Source: a virus
Virus record (IMG/VR): IMGVR_UViG_3300029131_000002
Strand: one strand, 5' to 3'
DNA length: 64,000 bases
Under the pieces are notes generated by a model, which was not told the DNA's origin, did no database searches, and saw nothing but the letters and a program-made list of their open reading frames with translations. Below, piece after piece: positions 46,760 to 56,749 of this stretch; the stretch's first letter is position 1, and each line of letters starts with the position of its first letter. The position numbers were made by a program, and so were the translations under genes.

Positions 46760-47440
46760 TCAGTCGTTGTTCCCATTTACGCCCTCCTTATTAATCTTCT
46801 GATTCCTGGTTTCAAAGTTTATAATTTCTGTGTCTGTTTCTAATTCTTCCGGGATTCTGCCAACAATGATAACTCGCAGTGGCTTCAATCTACGCTCCAT
46901 CTCTTTGAATCCTGTGCAGAAATCTAATCTTGCCGCCCTACTCTTTACTCTTCCGTTAGTGCAACAGGCCACTGTACTTCCCTCTGGAAGTCCGTCAAAA
47001 GACCAATCCCAGCAATATTCCGGTAATATGCTTACGTTCGGAATTACTGGAATATCGTTCAAGATCATGTAGTGAGCCAGTGCGTGATTGCGGTATTTAT
47101 TCCACAGGCACATTACCAGTGGCATTCCATTCTTGCCTACCGATATGCTGAAATCTGGCATAATGACTGCATGAAAACATTTTAAATGCTCCATATACTT
47201 GTCTGGCTGATTCCACAATCTTTGAAACTGTACATCGTCCACATAGAAATTCACATCAAGTTCCTTGTGGTTCTTAATCTTCCGGCTGAAGCTCTCCGCA
47301 AAGTCTACAGTATCTTTCCCTGGATGGATAAAAGTCTTTGGAATTTTCGGGATTTCGTACTTACCATCAAGGTCTGCATCCGTGATTAAAAACTCTTTCA
47401 TTACGTCATAAGCTGTATGTATCATTGATTCCACTCCCAT
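46760..47440 (-). CDS. hypothetical protein (226 aa)
   Basis: 8 nt downstream of integrase gene. Confidence 0.35.
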   Translation of the reverse strand: MGVESMIHTAYDVMKEFLITDADLDGKYEIPKIPKTFIHPGKDTVDFAESFSRKIKNHKELDVNFYVDDVQFQRLWNQPDKYMEHLKCFHAVIMPDFSISVGKNGMPLVMCLWNKYRNHALAHYMILNDIPVIPNVSILPEYCWDWSFDGLPEGSTVACCTNGRVKSRAARLDFCTGFKEMERRLKPLRVIIVGRIPEELETDTEIINFETRNQKINKEGVNGNND

Positions 47441-47448
47441 TTTTTCTC

Positions 47449-49161
47449 TTATAGTGCTAAAAGGTACTTATATTTGAAAAATACCATATCTTGTGTCTTA
47501 ATGCAAGTTTTCCTACTAAATATCTTGTGTTGTTCTGAATGTAGAGTGAAAATCATATCGTCAGAACAACGCAAAGGAAATCCCCGTTTTTCAAGGTTTC
47601 CAGACCTCAATTGAAATGTTAGTGTTGCACATGTAGCCGCCAACGGTTCCACGGTAATTTTTTCAAAAAGTTCATTCACAATCTGCCTGTTAATGTCTTT
47701 TGGAGTAACGCCCTTAAACTTTTCTAACTGTTCTTTAATAGCACTTAATTGTATTTCTACTGGCTCTGGACTTTTGGTATTTTGTATTTCTAGAATATGG
47801 CTCTCAATCTGCTTTATCTGCTTCATGTATTCTTTATTTCTTGAAATAAATTCATCATCAGATATTTTTCCATCCAGATTATATTCCAGTATTTTTTCAC
47901 GTTTTTGTTTTAACAGATCAATCTGTTTTTCAAGTCGTGAGATTTCGTTTTTATTGTCTGGAATGTTTTTGATCAAGGACTGCAAAATTTCAAAATATTC
48001 CTCCAAAATGCTATCAATGTTTTCAGAAGATTTATTTATTAATTCTGCGATTACTTCTTTCAGTTCTGATTCTGCCAGTCCAAATGAATCACATGAAGCT
48101 GCTCCGTTTTTTATCTTATAACTGCATACCCATCGAACATCTTCTTTTCCTCGAATATAATGCTGCTTCATCCAGTATGGTGCTCCGTCGTTAGCGCAGA
48201 AAAGTTTTCCAGTGAAAATATTTTCACTCTTAAAAGAGGTTTTTCTTGATTTTATAGCTTCTCCGCGCTCCCTTAAATACGCATTTGCCTTTTCCCAGGT
48301 AGTTTCATCAATGATCTGCGGTACTCTGGAACCATCATCCTTAAACATTATCCATTCTGACTGTGGAAGAAATTCTTGTTTCTTTGTGAACATATCGACA
48401 ACCTTTACTTTTCCTCCGCAATAGTATCCTTTGTATTTTGGATTTCGAATAATATTTTTTATGACATCCCGGTTAATTTTACCGCCTTTGAAACTTCTGT
48501 ATCCCATATCCCAGAGTTTTTTTTCTATTCTTGGTGTAGATATTCCGGAAGCATAATCTTGAAAAATAATTCGAATCATGTCTGCTTCTTCTGGAATCAG
48601 TTCAAGCTTCCCTTTATTATTTGAATATCCATACATTCTGTGTCCGAGAACAACACCATTTTTGATTGACTGTGCGTGTCCAAATTTTACTCTTGAAGAA
48701 AGCTTGCGGATTTCGTCCTGTGCTACCCCGGCCATAATAGTAAGCCTGAACTCACTATCATCATCAATAGTGTTAATTCCATCATTTTGAAACCACACGC
48801 ATACGCCGTAAGACAACAATTCCCTGGTATATTGGATGCTGTCAAGAGTGTTTCGCGCAAATCTCGAAATTTCTTTTGTGATAATCATGTCAATTTTTCC
48901 AAGCTTTGCATCTTTGAGCATTCTTTGGAATTCTTCTCTTTTATCTGCGTGCATTCCGGAAATACCATCATCAATGTAAGAACCTGCAAACTTCCATCTG
49001 TTGTTAGAACGTATCAGCTCTTCGAAATGTTCCTCCTGGTGTTTAATGGATGCTTGCTGTTCAACTTTTTCCGTAGAAACCCTGGCATAATAAGCAACAT
49101 TTAGTTCAATGTCGTAAATAGAACAACTCCTTAATTTTTCTCTGACATAATAAATATTCAT
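47449..49161 (-). CDS. large serine recombinase (integrase)
   Basis: Start MNIYYV with GAGGGAG RBS; N-terminal resolvase domain (YARVSTEKVEQQ..IDDGISGMHADKRE), recombinase domain, Cys-containing zinc-ribbon region, C-terminal coiled coil; about 570 aa. Confidence 0.8.
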   Translation of the reverse strand: MNIYYVREKLRSCSIYDIELNVAYYARVSTEKVEQQASIKHQEEHFEELIRSNNRWKFAGSYIDDGISGMHADKREEFQRMLKDAKLGKIDMIITKEISRFARNTLDSIQYTRELLSYGVCVWFQNDGINTIDDDSEFRLTIMAGVAQDEIRKLSSRVKFGHAQSIKNGVVLGHRMYGYSNNKGKLELIPEEADMIRIIFQDYASGISTPRIEKKLWDMGYRSFKGGKINRDVIKNIIRNPKYKGYYCGGKVKVVDMFTKKQEFLPQSEWIMFKDDGSRVPQIIDETTWEKANAYLRERGEAIKSRKTSFKSENIFTGKLFCANDGAPYWMKQHYIRGKEDVRWVCSYKIKNGAASCDSFGLAESELKEVIAELINKSSENIDSILEEYFEILQSLIKNIPDNKNEISRLEKQIDLLKQKREKILEYNLDGKISDDEFISRNKEYMKQIKQIESHILEIQNTKSPEPVEIQLSAIKEQLEKFKGVTPKDINRQIVNELFEKITVEPLAATCATLTFQLRSGNLEKRGFPLRCSDDMIFTLHSEQHKIFSRKTCIKTQDMVFFKYKYLLAL

Positions 49162-49478
49162 AGTGCATTTCTCCCTCAATATACAGGGAGTGGAATCATA
49201 TAAAGTATAACACTTCACATAACTCCACTCAATACATTTTGTTACTTTCTAATGCTAATTTCAGCTTTTATTTTGTCCCTTGTTTTCTCATCTATCAGAC
49301 CAAGTGAGAACATTCTTTCATTTATGGCATACAATATAGCTTTTTCCATTAAATGTCCCTCCAAGTAATTATCTAATTTTTTACGTTGTTTTCCTTTATC
49401 TTTTGTATGCCCTATAATTTCCTAAGCTATTCTCTTTTTAATGATTCTACGCAATTTTTAGTGCACAATTATCACATT

Positions 49479-49691
49479 TTACAACAAATCAAAGATATTG
49501 ACCTGTCCGTCAATCTGAGTTTCTTCCAGATTGTAAAATTTACAAGCTATATAATCTGGTTTCCAGTCAATTTCCAGTTCGTATTGCAAACACTGCGGAT
49601 GCTTGCCTCCGCGGAAGAATCTGCAATCTGAACAGGTATGCTGATAAGCTGTACCACCAGACCGCTTATACATTTCGCTTATCTTCCTCAT
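49479..49691 (-). CDS. hypothetical Cys-containing protein
   Basis: 70-aa ORF. Confidence 0.3.
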   Translation of the reverse strand: MRKISEMYKRSGGTAYQHTCSDCRFFRGGKHPQCLQYELEIDWKPDYIACKFYNLEETQIDGQVNIFDLL

Positions 49692-50062
49692 AGAATCACT
49701 CGCTTTACTCTTGAATTTCCTCTCGCTTTCTTTTTGAAGATACCATTTTTAACACAATCCCTCGGATCACATCCTCTGCTATGTTCTTCGATCAAGATAT
49801 AATCACAGGTTGCATTTGTACTCCATGCATTTTCACTCTTGCTGTAATAGTCGCATTTCGAGCATTGTCTCCGCTTTAGGCCTATAATTTCAGTGCTTTT
49901 TAATTCTCTCCATGGTTTTCTATCTGGCATTTTTCCACACCTCCCAATCTGGCAGAATCTATAATTTTTAAAAGGTCTGGGCTTAGTTTTCTTCGTTCTT
50001 GTTCTCTCTGTACTTCTGCCCGGTAAGTCCTTTGAAAGTTGGACTGAACTACACTCCACCAT
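49688..50062 (-). CDS. hypothetical Cys-rich protein
   Basis: 124 aa. Confidence 0.3.
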   Translation of the reverse strand: MVECSSVQLSKDLPGRSTERTRTKKTKPRPFKNYRFCQIGRCGKMPDRKPWRELKSTEIIGLKRRQCSKCDYYSKSENAWSTNATCDYILIEEHSRGCDPRDCVKNGIFKKKARGNSRVKRVIL

Positions 50063-50460
50063 GTACCATCCACATTTTCAGATACCGCCCATTCTCTAAG
50101 CTGTGCCGGGCTTGATACTGCTTTCTGGATGATTTTTGGGAGTTTATCAAACTCTGCTTCTGCATTATATGTAGAATTTTGAATGGCCTTGCATACCTTT
50201 TCCCATGCTTCCGTTTCATTCAGCTCTTCTTTTTGTGGCTGAAGGCTCTGCGCGCATTGCCGTAATGCAGCTATTGTAGGTTCTTTCCATTCAGTCTGCA
50301 TATATTTCTTCAAGCCAAAACTTAAAAGCTTGTAATCTATGTCTTTCAAAAGTCCATACCATGTATCAAAAGCATTCTGATCTGGCAGAAATGATGGAGA
50401 AGTGTACACAGCTTTCATTGCCTTTACCAGTACCGCCCATTCTTCCCTTGTCATACCCAA
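49900..50460 (-). CDS. hypothetical replication-module protein
   Basis: 186 aa, overlaps replisome organizer gene. Confidence 0.3.
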   Translation of the reverse strand: MGMTREEWAVLVKAMKAVYTSPSFLPDQNAFDTWYGLLKDIDYKLLSFGLKKYMQTEWKEPTIAALRQCAQSLQPQKEELNETEAWEKVCKAIQNSTYNAEAEFDKLPKIIQKAVSSPAQLREWAVSENVDGTWWSVVQSNFQRTYRAEVQREQERRKLSPDLLKIIDSARLGGVEKCQIENHGEN

Positions 50461-51371
50461 TTATCTACCTCGCTTACCCTGTTTTGAATTTTCTCCATGT
50501 AGCTGCACGGTCTATTCGTAGACTTGTCTGCGTATTGCCCTTCAAATACTTTTGCGAAATTTCCAGGCTTTAAGAACCAGTCAAACGTAACCATCCAGCC
50601 ATTTTTATTTTGCCCTTGTAGGAATGTGCTGCGTCGAATATTTTCAATCGCTTCCAGAATATCTTCAACACAGTTCTGACGGATTCTAGCTTTCACTGCC
50701 TGTTCTCGTTTTGGTGTCATTCTTTTTACAGGAGTAATGCCGAATTCTTCCAGAGTATTCCATTCATCAATGATTCGTTGGACGTCAGTCTGACGAATAG
50801 TATCTAAAGATACTATTAAATCATTCTCTTCTTCTATTTCTTTTTCTTTATTATCTAATTCTTTATTATCTAGTTCTTTATTATATACTTCTGCCGAGCT
50901 AACGTTAGTTTTACTGTTAACTTTACCGTAAAGTTTACTGTTAGTTTTACACTCTATTTTGTCTTTCTGCTTTTTTCGATATTCTTGCATATAGTTTCGC
51001 ATATATTGGCTTTTTTGCTCAATTTTATCAAGATTTTGATATTTTCCCCAGTTCGGAATTGTGTAAACACCGGAAACAATTTCAATCATTCCGTAGTTTT
51101 CAAATGTTTTTAACGCTAATCGAACTGTATTAATGTCTCTTCTAAATACTGTTGCCAACATTTCATCTGTATATGCAATTTTATCGTTTAAAATAAAAAC
51201 ACCACTGTTGTTATTTTTCCCGGCTAAGCATAATAATTTGAACCATATTACGATAATGCTGTCTGCACTTGGCAAATTTTCAATCAGCATTATTTTTTCA
51301 TCGTCGAAAATATCTGAACATATTTTTATCCATTTTACATCGCTTGCCAATTCTAAAATTCCTTTCTCCAA
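50451..51371 (-). CDS. phage replisome organizer / DnaD-domain protein
   Basis: N-terminus WIKICSDIFDDEKIMLIE..IIVIWFKLLCLAGK is the replisome-organizer N-domain; C-terminal DnaD-like region (GITPVKRMTPKREQAVKARI). Confidence 0.6.
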   Translation of the reverse strand: MEKGILELASDVKWIKICSDIFDDEKIMLIENLPSADSIIVIWFKLLCLAGKNNNSGVFILNDKIAYTDEMLATVFRRDINTVRLALKTFENYGMIEIVSGVYTIPNWGKYQNLDKIEQKSQYMRNYMQEYRKKQKDKIECKTNSKLYGKVNSKTNVSSAEVYNKELDNKELDNKEKEIEEENDLIVSLDTIRQTDVQRIIDEWNTLEEFGITPVKRMTPKREQAVKARIRQNCVEDILEAIENIRRSTFLQGQNKNGWMVTFDWFLKPGNFAKVFEGQYADKSTNRPCSYMEKIQNRVSEVDNWV

Positions 51372-51393
51372 TTCCTGGATTTTTCAAAAGTGT

Positions 51394-52515
51394 TTATCTC
51401 AATTCAACTTCAATTCCATTGATTTTCAGTTCTCCATTTACTGGAATCACAATGGATGGAACGCCGTTTATTTCTTTCAATTCAATCAGAGCAATTTTAT
51501 CCGGCTGGATGCAGATTGTTGCATCTGGTGTTGCAATTTTTGCAGTTTTTGAATTGTGGATATTGTCAAGGGAAACAGGCTCATTACTGAAATACATTTC
51601 CCAGTTTTCTTTGAAATCCGACAACTTCTCGTATGGAACTCCGCAATATCCAAAAATCTGTTCCATTTCATCACATGATACAGTTATCATCTCTGGGCTG
51701 TCTTTCTTCTGTTCTCTTACTTCCTGCAAAGATTCAATTAGGTTTTCAGTGAAATTGAATGTTGTATTTCCTTCGAAATTGTCCATGATAAAATCTGAAA
51801 AGACATTGATCTCATTGCCTGGTATACGTGGAACTGGTGTGCCAAGAACATTTTCGATGAAGTCTGGATGAATATTCTTTGTGTTTTTGCTGAAATACAA
51901 GGTTCCATGAATATCAGTGCTTCTGTCATTGAATACAGGGAATAAGAATCCTGTTTCTGGTCTTGAGACTACCCAATCACGAATGCGGTCTTTGATGTTA
52001 TTTTCATTCATATCATAGCTAAGCCCAGCCTTTGAAAGATTTACCGGGCAAATGCTGCACAGAATGTGTTCATAGATTTCTTCTGAAGCATCTTGCATTT
52101 CAGTTTCATCAGAAGCTTTTCCAGGAATGTCATATACTGCATGAATGAGAATTATGTAGTAATTTTCTGGATAGTCATAGTTTTCAATTACTTTGTCGTA
52201 GAACTCGTCCAAAAGCTCATCATCTTTAAGCTTACTTGCTCTGATCCGCATAAGAAATTCCTGCGTTCCACCCTCTTTTTCCTGTGCTAATGGAAAATCA
52301 AAGTTCATAAGGTTCTTTCCAAGTCTGCCAGACATAGTTTTCTTGAAAATGTCAAAATACTTAAACATTTCTTCCTCTGGAAGAGACAGGAACGCTTCTT
52401 TAATTTTGGTTCTCTTATTCTTTTCTGCATCCACATAACAACCACAAATGCGTGTAATAGAACAATTTGCTGGTGTAAACTGTTTCTTGATCTCTGCGAT
52501 TTCTTTCTTATTCAT
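51394..52515 (-). CDS. hypothetical protein (about 373 aa)
   Basis: Start MNKKEIAEI with GGGAGGA RBS. Confidence 0.35.
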   Translation of the reverse strand: MNKKEIAEIKKQFTPANCSITRICGCYVDAEKNKRTKIKEAFLSLPEEEMFKYFDIFKKTMSGRLGKNLMNFDFPLAQEKEGGTQEFLMRIRASKLKDDELLDEFYDKVIENYDYPENYYIILIHAVYDIPGKASDETEMQDASEEIYEHILCSICPVNLSKAGLSYDMNENNIKDRIRDWVVSRPETGFLFPVFNDRSTDIHGTLYFSKNTKNIHPDFIENVLGTPVPRIPGNEINVFSDFIMDNFEGNTTFNFTENLIESLQEVREQKKDSPEMITVSCDEMEQIFGYCGVPYEKLSDFKENWEMYFSNEPVSLDNIHNSKTAKIATPDATICIQPDKIALIELKEINGVPSIVIPVNGELKINGIEVELR

Positions 52516-52573
52516 GATTAATCCTCCCATTTTAATTTTTGTCAAATAAATCAAATTATATGAGTTTTATGTG

Positions 52574-53593
52574 CTATTTCTTGATTACCTTCATGTTTTT
52601 ATTCCAACTTCCAGAAATTGTTCCGTCTGGGTGAATTATAAATTCTCTACAAACACTATTATCTTCCGCTTTCTCTATTTCGCTAAGCATTTTCATGTTC
52701 GAATAGCTAAAGGTGATTAAAGTATCTTTGTATTTCCATATTTCATACACATAATAATCTTGAATTGTTTGCTCGATAAATTCAAAATGATTGTATGCGT
52801 ATTCAAGTATTTTGTTATATAATTCTTCTTTTTCATCGTATTTAATTCCGCTTTTTTCACTTAGCTTCATAAGTTTTCTGAATGATAAATCATCTGCAAA
52901 AGAGTATGCATCAATCATATTTAATACATCTTCGATTGTGTTCGCGTCGCACAATACGCATTGTAATCTCATTTTGGTCTTTAATAATTTGCCTTTAATA
53001 CGTTCCAGATCAACCAAAGATGGCATACATGTTCCAAAAATTTCATTATTTTTCTTATCGGAAATAGCATGTCTGCTAATGTCTACAAAATCAAACAGTC
53101 CATCAATTTCTTTAATATGATTTTCTAAGTATTTCCCATTTGTATTAATCGTCAAAAATTTAATATCGTGTTTTCCTAAAACTTCACATAATTTAGTAAA
53201 TTTTTCAAATAGCAGTGGCTCTCCACCTGTTACAGATACGGAATACAATATTCCTTCTTTTTCCATTTCTGAAAGCATTTCATCAACTTGCATTATAAAA
53301 TACTCTGCATTCTCGCAACGTTCTGCGTTTTGTTCGACACAGAATGAACATTTGGCATTGCACTTATCTGTTATTTTCAAATGCAAGTGCCATAACCATT
53401 CGTTCTTTTCTACTAAAATCCGATGACCAAATAAGTTGACTTCCATCTTGCCATCATAATTTATTGGTAATCTTTCGACATTGCACTTGTGAATGTAATC
53501 TTTTATGCTTTTATTTTGTACAAACATTAATATCACCAATCCTTTCTGCTTCTCTCTCCTGTTTCTTCTCAATCCACTTATTAATTTTCTCAT
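52574..53593 (-). CDS. radical SAM enzyme
   Basis: CNAKCSFC (CX3CX2C) cluster and GGEPLL SAM-binding motif; about 60-aa N-terminal extension may be an artefact of upstream in-frame M. Confidence 0.65.
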   Translation of the reverse strand: MRKLISGLRRNRREKQKGLVILMFVQNKSIKDYIHKCNVERLPINYDGKMEVNLFGHRILVEKNEWLWHLHLKITDKCNAKCSFCVEQNAERCENAEYFIMQVDEMLSEMEKEGILYSVSVTGGEPLLFEKFTKLCEVLGKHDIKFLTINTNGKYLENHIKEIDGLFDFVDISRHAISDKKNNEIFGTCMPSLVDLERIKGKLLKTKMRLQCVLCDANTIEDVLNMIDAYSFADDLSFRKLMKLSEKSGIKYDEKEELYNKILEYAYNHFEFIEQTIQDYYVYEIWKYKDTLITFSYSNMKMLSEIEKAEDNSVCREFIIHPDGTISGSWNKNMKVIKK

Positions 53594-53807
53594 CGGATAT
53601 CATGTACATTTGCTTTAGCATTTCGATGCAGATCAACACATCTGCAATTTCTTCTATCATGTTATCACGGTTGATTTTTCCACGCTTTGCCTTGCTGATT
53701 GCTTGGATAAGTTCTGCGCATTCTTCCATGCAGACAGTTGACTGAATTTCTTCTCCGTAATTGTCAACGCTTCTATCAATAATGCTTTCGTTAATGTTAT
53801 ATGTCAT
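53511..53807 (-). CDS. MazG-like nucleotide pyrophosphohydrolase
   Basis: EECAELIQAI...EEIADVLICIEML twin EExxE/D motifs of all-alpha NTP-PPases. Confidence 0.55.
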   Translation of the reverse strand: MTYNINESIIDRSVDNYGEEIQSTVCMEECAELIQAISKAKRGKINRDNMIEEIADVLICIEMLKQMYMISDEKINKWIEKKQEREAERIGDINVCTK

Positions 53808-54024
53808 TTTCTTTGCTCCAATCTAATTTCTGGCCGCATCTGGTACAGTATTTACTAACAATGCCTACGCTTTGTTTACAGCTCGGACAATTACCATAAG
53901 CACCAACTTTTATTTTTTTACGTTCTCCAAAGTCCATGTACATTTCACTTAAGTTGTCTACTTCCTTCGGAATCTGCTTTTCAATCGCCTTAATAGCTTC
54001 TTGTCTAGTTTCTAAATCAACCAT
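53797..54024 (-). CDS. zinc-ribbon protein
   Basis: CPSCKQ..CTRCGQ. Confidence 0.3.
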   Translation of the reverse strand: MVDLETRQEAIKAIEKQIPKEVDNLSEMYMDFGERKKIKVGAYGNCPSCKQSVGIVSKYCTRCGQKLDWSKENDI

Positions 54025-54285
54025 AACTAATCCGTCTGGAAGTTCTGGGTATCTTAATTTTTGATTGTTTCTTGATAATTCTCCTTTACTAATTCAAAAT
54101 ATTCTTCTTTCCATTTCAGAACATTATGAAAATCAAACGAACTATATCATACGTGGTAATAATCCTCGCCAACTTTCTTGTATTTTAATTCAAAATATGG
54201 CTTGTCATCTACGATTCTAAAAATCTGTTCTAATTCCGTTACAATTTCCTTTTCGACTTCAACAGGAATACTTGCTTTTTCCATT

Positions 54286-54804
54286 TTATTCGCCATTCTT
54301 CTTCATCTCCTCCAACTTCTTCTCAGCTTCTTCACGGGTGAGAAATACGGTTTTACCAAGTTCACTTACCTCGACATCTGTCGCATTAGTACACCAATCA
54401 GTAGGGTCTAAATCTTGTTCTGGGTCTGGACTTCTGTAAGGGAATAACTTTTCATCTGTTGCGAGCGTAATGTAGGCTTTTCCGCTTAACGGGTCAATTC
54501 CCAATCCACAATGCACGCATTCAATAATTTCATAATCATAAATAAGATAAACGAAATCTCCTGATCGTGAATATACTTCTTTACACGGCAATCTCACAAG
54601 TAAGCCCTGTTCTTCTAAGTTTTTATAAGACTTCAGTTCTTCCAACCACTTTACAAGTTGCATATGTTCTTCCGCACATTTTATACAATTAGTCTTTATA
54701 TCATCGTCTATAGAATCAATTGACTCAAAATCTGCACCTCTGTAATTCTTTTCTGCTACTTCTTTTGCATGAGAAATAGCTTCTTCAAGTGTTAATCTCT
54801 CCAC
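54286..54804 (-). CDS. hypothetical protein
   Basis: 172 aa. Confidence 0.3.
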   Translation of the reverse strand: MERLTLEEAISHAKEVAEKNYRGADFESIDSIDDDIKTNCIKCAEEHMQLVKWLEELKSYKNLEEQGLLVRLPCKEVYSRSGDFVYLIYDYEIIECVHCGLGIDPLSGKAYITLATDEKLFPYRSPDPEQDLDPTDWCTNATDVEVSELGKTVFLTREEAEKKLEEMKKNGE

Positions 54805-55206
54805 CTACTTCACCTCTTCCATCTGACTTTCTACGGTATCTGCAAGTAGCTTCAAGGACTTAATAAATGAGTCCGTCAAAGTTGTTCTGCCTGGGTATTT
54901 AGCGAACGTTCTGACAAGTTTTACTGCATCCTTGATTTTTTCTTCATCTTCGATGATTTCAGATGATTCATACAATGTCTTTTCAGTACAGCTGTAAGTA
55001 ACGATCTTACTGCCGTAAAAATTCAATATGTTTGGAAATGGAATTACGATATGGTTTAAATGGTTTTCTCTCGCCCATGTGAATCCCTGAAGCTTTGCTA
55101 TTTTCAGAACGCTCAAATATTCTTCCTGTGTCTTTACAAACACGCTTTTTCCTGTTAAATTAATCATCAGAATCCTCTCCTCCTGTAATCTCATCAATAC
55201 ATTCAT
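54805..55206 (-). CDS. hypothetical protein
   Basis: 133 aa. Confidence 0.3.
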   Translation of the reverse strand: MNVLMRLQEERILMINLTGKSVFVKTQEEYLSVLKIAKLQGFTWARENHLNHIVIPFPNILNFYGSKIVTYSCTEKTLYESSEIIEDEEKIKDAVKLVRTFAKYPGRTTLTDSFIKSLKLLADTVESQMEEVK

Positions 55207-55477
55207 TCCAACCTGCTTTTATGCTGTCCCAGTGATCTGTTGGAGCTACTCTGGTCATTTTCTCTGGTAATGGCTTCAGCGGACACCATTCAGGTCTTGA
55301 TTTACTTTCGCAATCATAATGTTCTTCTGTCATCAGAATTACATCATAATCTAAACAGTCAGCTAATTCACAATAACCTACATATTCAAGTTCGCCGCAG
55401 TATGCAGTTCCGAACGGGCAATCATAGCAATTCTCTGGCGTATCCAACACTAATACTGATTTACTCACTCGCTTCAC
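55160..55477 (-). CDS. hypothetical Cys-rich protein
   Basis: 105 aa. Confidence 0.3.
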   Translation of the reverse strand: MKRVSKSVLVLDTPENCYDCPFGTAYCGELEYVGYCELADCLDYDVILMTEEHYDCESKSRPEWCPLKPLPEKMTRVAPTDHWDSIKAGWNECIDEITGGEDSDD

Positions 55478-55703
55478 TTCCTCTCAGCATCAGGCTCAAA
55501 GTGTTATATCCCGGACAAGTTCTGACTCCGTTTCTGGTATCTCTTAACAATACGCAATATGGATATAATGCCATGACCTCATAGATGTGTTCTGCGGCAT
55601 CTTCGCCACGCTGGTCGATGTATTTGAAGCACTTTCCTGGTCTAAGAAAGTACCTTGCACATACATACGCTTTCGTTCCAAATCTTGCGCTTGCACTACT
55701 CAT
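55461..55703 (-). CDS. hypothetical protein
   Basis: 80-aa ORF bridging neighbours with small overlaps. Confidence 0.25.
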   Translation of the reverse strand: MSSASARFGTKAYVCARYFLRPGKCFKYIDQRGEDAAEHIYEVMALYPYCVLLRDTRNGVRTCPGYNTLSLMLRGSEASE

Positions 55704-56383
55704 TTGTGTTCCTCCTGTAATAACTCTGGATTGTCGAAAATGTTCCCAACCACTTCAACACATTTTCTTTCATTGACATAGAATCCCAAATTACAATAAC
55801 TATTGCCATAATCTCTTCCGATTGCATAACTGTAATCCAATGTCCAATCCCCATTTGTCATTTTTACAACTTCTGGATATTTTTCTTTGCGATCACATAT
55901 ATCATTTTCCCAAATTTTCTTCCCGTTCTTGTCTTTCAAGCCTGTATATTGGCAGATGGTGGATGGGTTAATTTCCGCATATTCCCATACTGTATAACTA
56001 TCAGCGTGGAAGATGAAATGTTCTTCGCTGCCTAAAAGGTCATATCTTTTCTGATAGCATCCCTCAACCCATTTACCATCATCAATCCGCTTTGCCTTGA
56101 AAAGAATTTCTCTCATTTCGGCTCCACCATCCTCTACTTGTCCCGATTCTTCTAACCAATTTTCAACACATGGTAGACAAATATAGCAGCTGCACCAACC
56201 TTGTCCTTCTACTATTGCTTTTTGGTTTAACATTTTTTCGCCTTTAGGTATCTGTTTTTCACATACGCAGCATAAATGAGAAACCCTTATTTTTACGATT
56301 TTTTCTGTCAGATTTGATTCCGAACCATCCATATCCCCTGCAAATATCTGGCTATCAATATACATTTCTTCTGGATATTTCAT
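55700..56383 (-). CDS. YopX-domain protein with N-terminal Cys-rich region
   Basis: C-terminus KCVEVVGNIFDNPELLQEE is the YopX hallmark ending. Confidence 0.55.
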   Translation of the reverse strand: MKYPEEMYIDSQIFAGDMDGSESNLTEKIVKIRVSHLCCVCEKQIPKGEKMLNQKAIVEGQGWCSCYICLPCVENWLEESGQVEDGGAEMREILFKAKRIDDGKWVEGCYQKRYDLLGSEEHFIFHADSYTVWEYAEINPSTICQYTGLKDKNGKKIWENDICDRKEKYPEVVKMTNGDWTLDYSYAIGRDYGNSYCNLGFYVNERKCVEVVGNIFDNPELLQEEHK

Positions 56384-56664
56384 TCAATCCCACCGCCTTT
56401 CACGATTTCTACCGCCCTGCTTAGTCCAGCATTGTATCCTTGATGTACATCAGATAAGATACATTCTGATTCAACGAATTTATCTCTTTTCAATTCACTA
56501 ATAACCTTGTCCACATCAAAAGCTGTCGGCTGTTCGTCAATCTTTTCAAGAATCTCTAAATCATCAGAATATGCACAATGTATCGCATACTTCAATTTAT
56601 CTGCATCAATCAACCTCATAATCTTCACACTCCTCCGCATATTCATAACCGTCCATATCATCAC
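56380..56664 (-). CDS. hypothetical protein
   Basis: 94 aa. Confidence 0.3.
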   Translation of the reverse strand: MMIWTVMNMRRSVKIMRLIDADKLKYAIHCAYSDDLEILEKIDEQPTAFDVDKVISELKRDKFVESECILSDVHQGYNAGLSRAVEIVKGGGIE

Positions 56665-56749
56665 ATCTGCACTGGCAGGAATCCTGTTTAGTACAGCAGA
56701 TGCAGCACTCTTTTTCGCCGTCCGGGCAGTTTAATTTACAATATCCCAT

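Noticed and set aside
45543-46760. Hidden protein-coding gene interrupted by stops
   Set aside because: TAA/TAG occur frequently in all six frames of the AT-rich part, so no alternative-code reading rescues an ORF.
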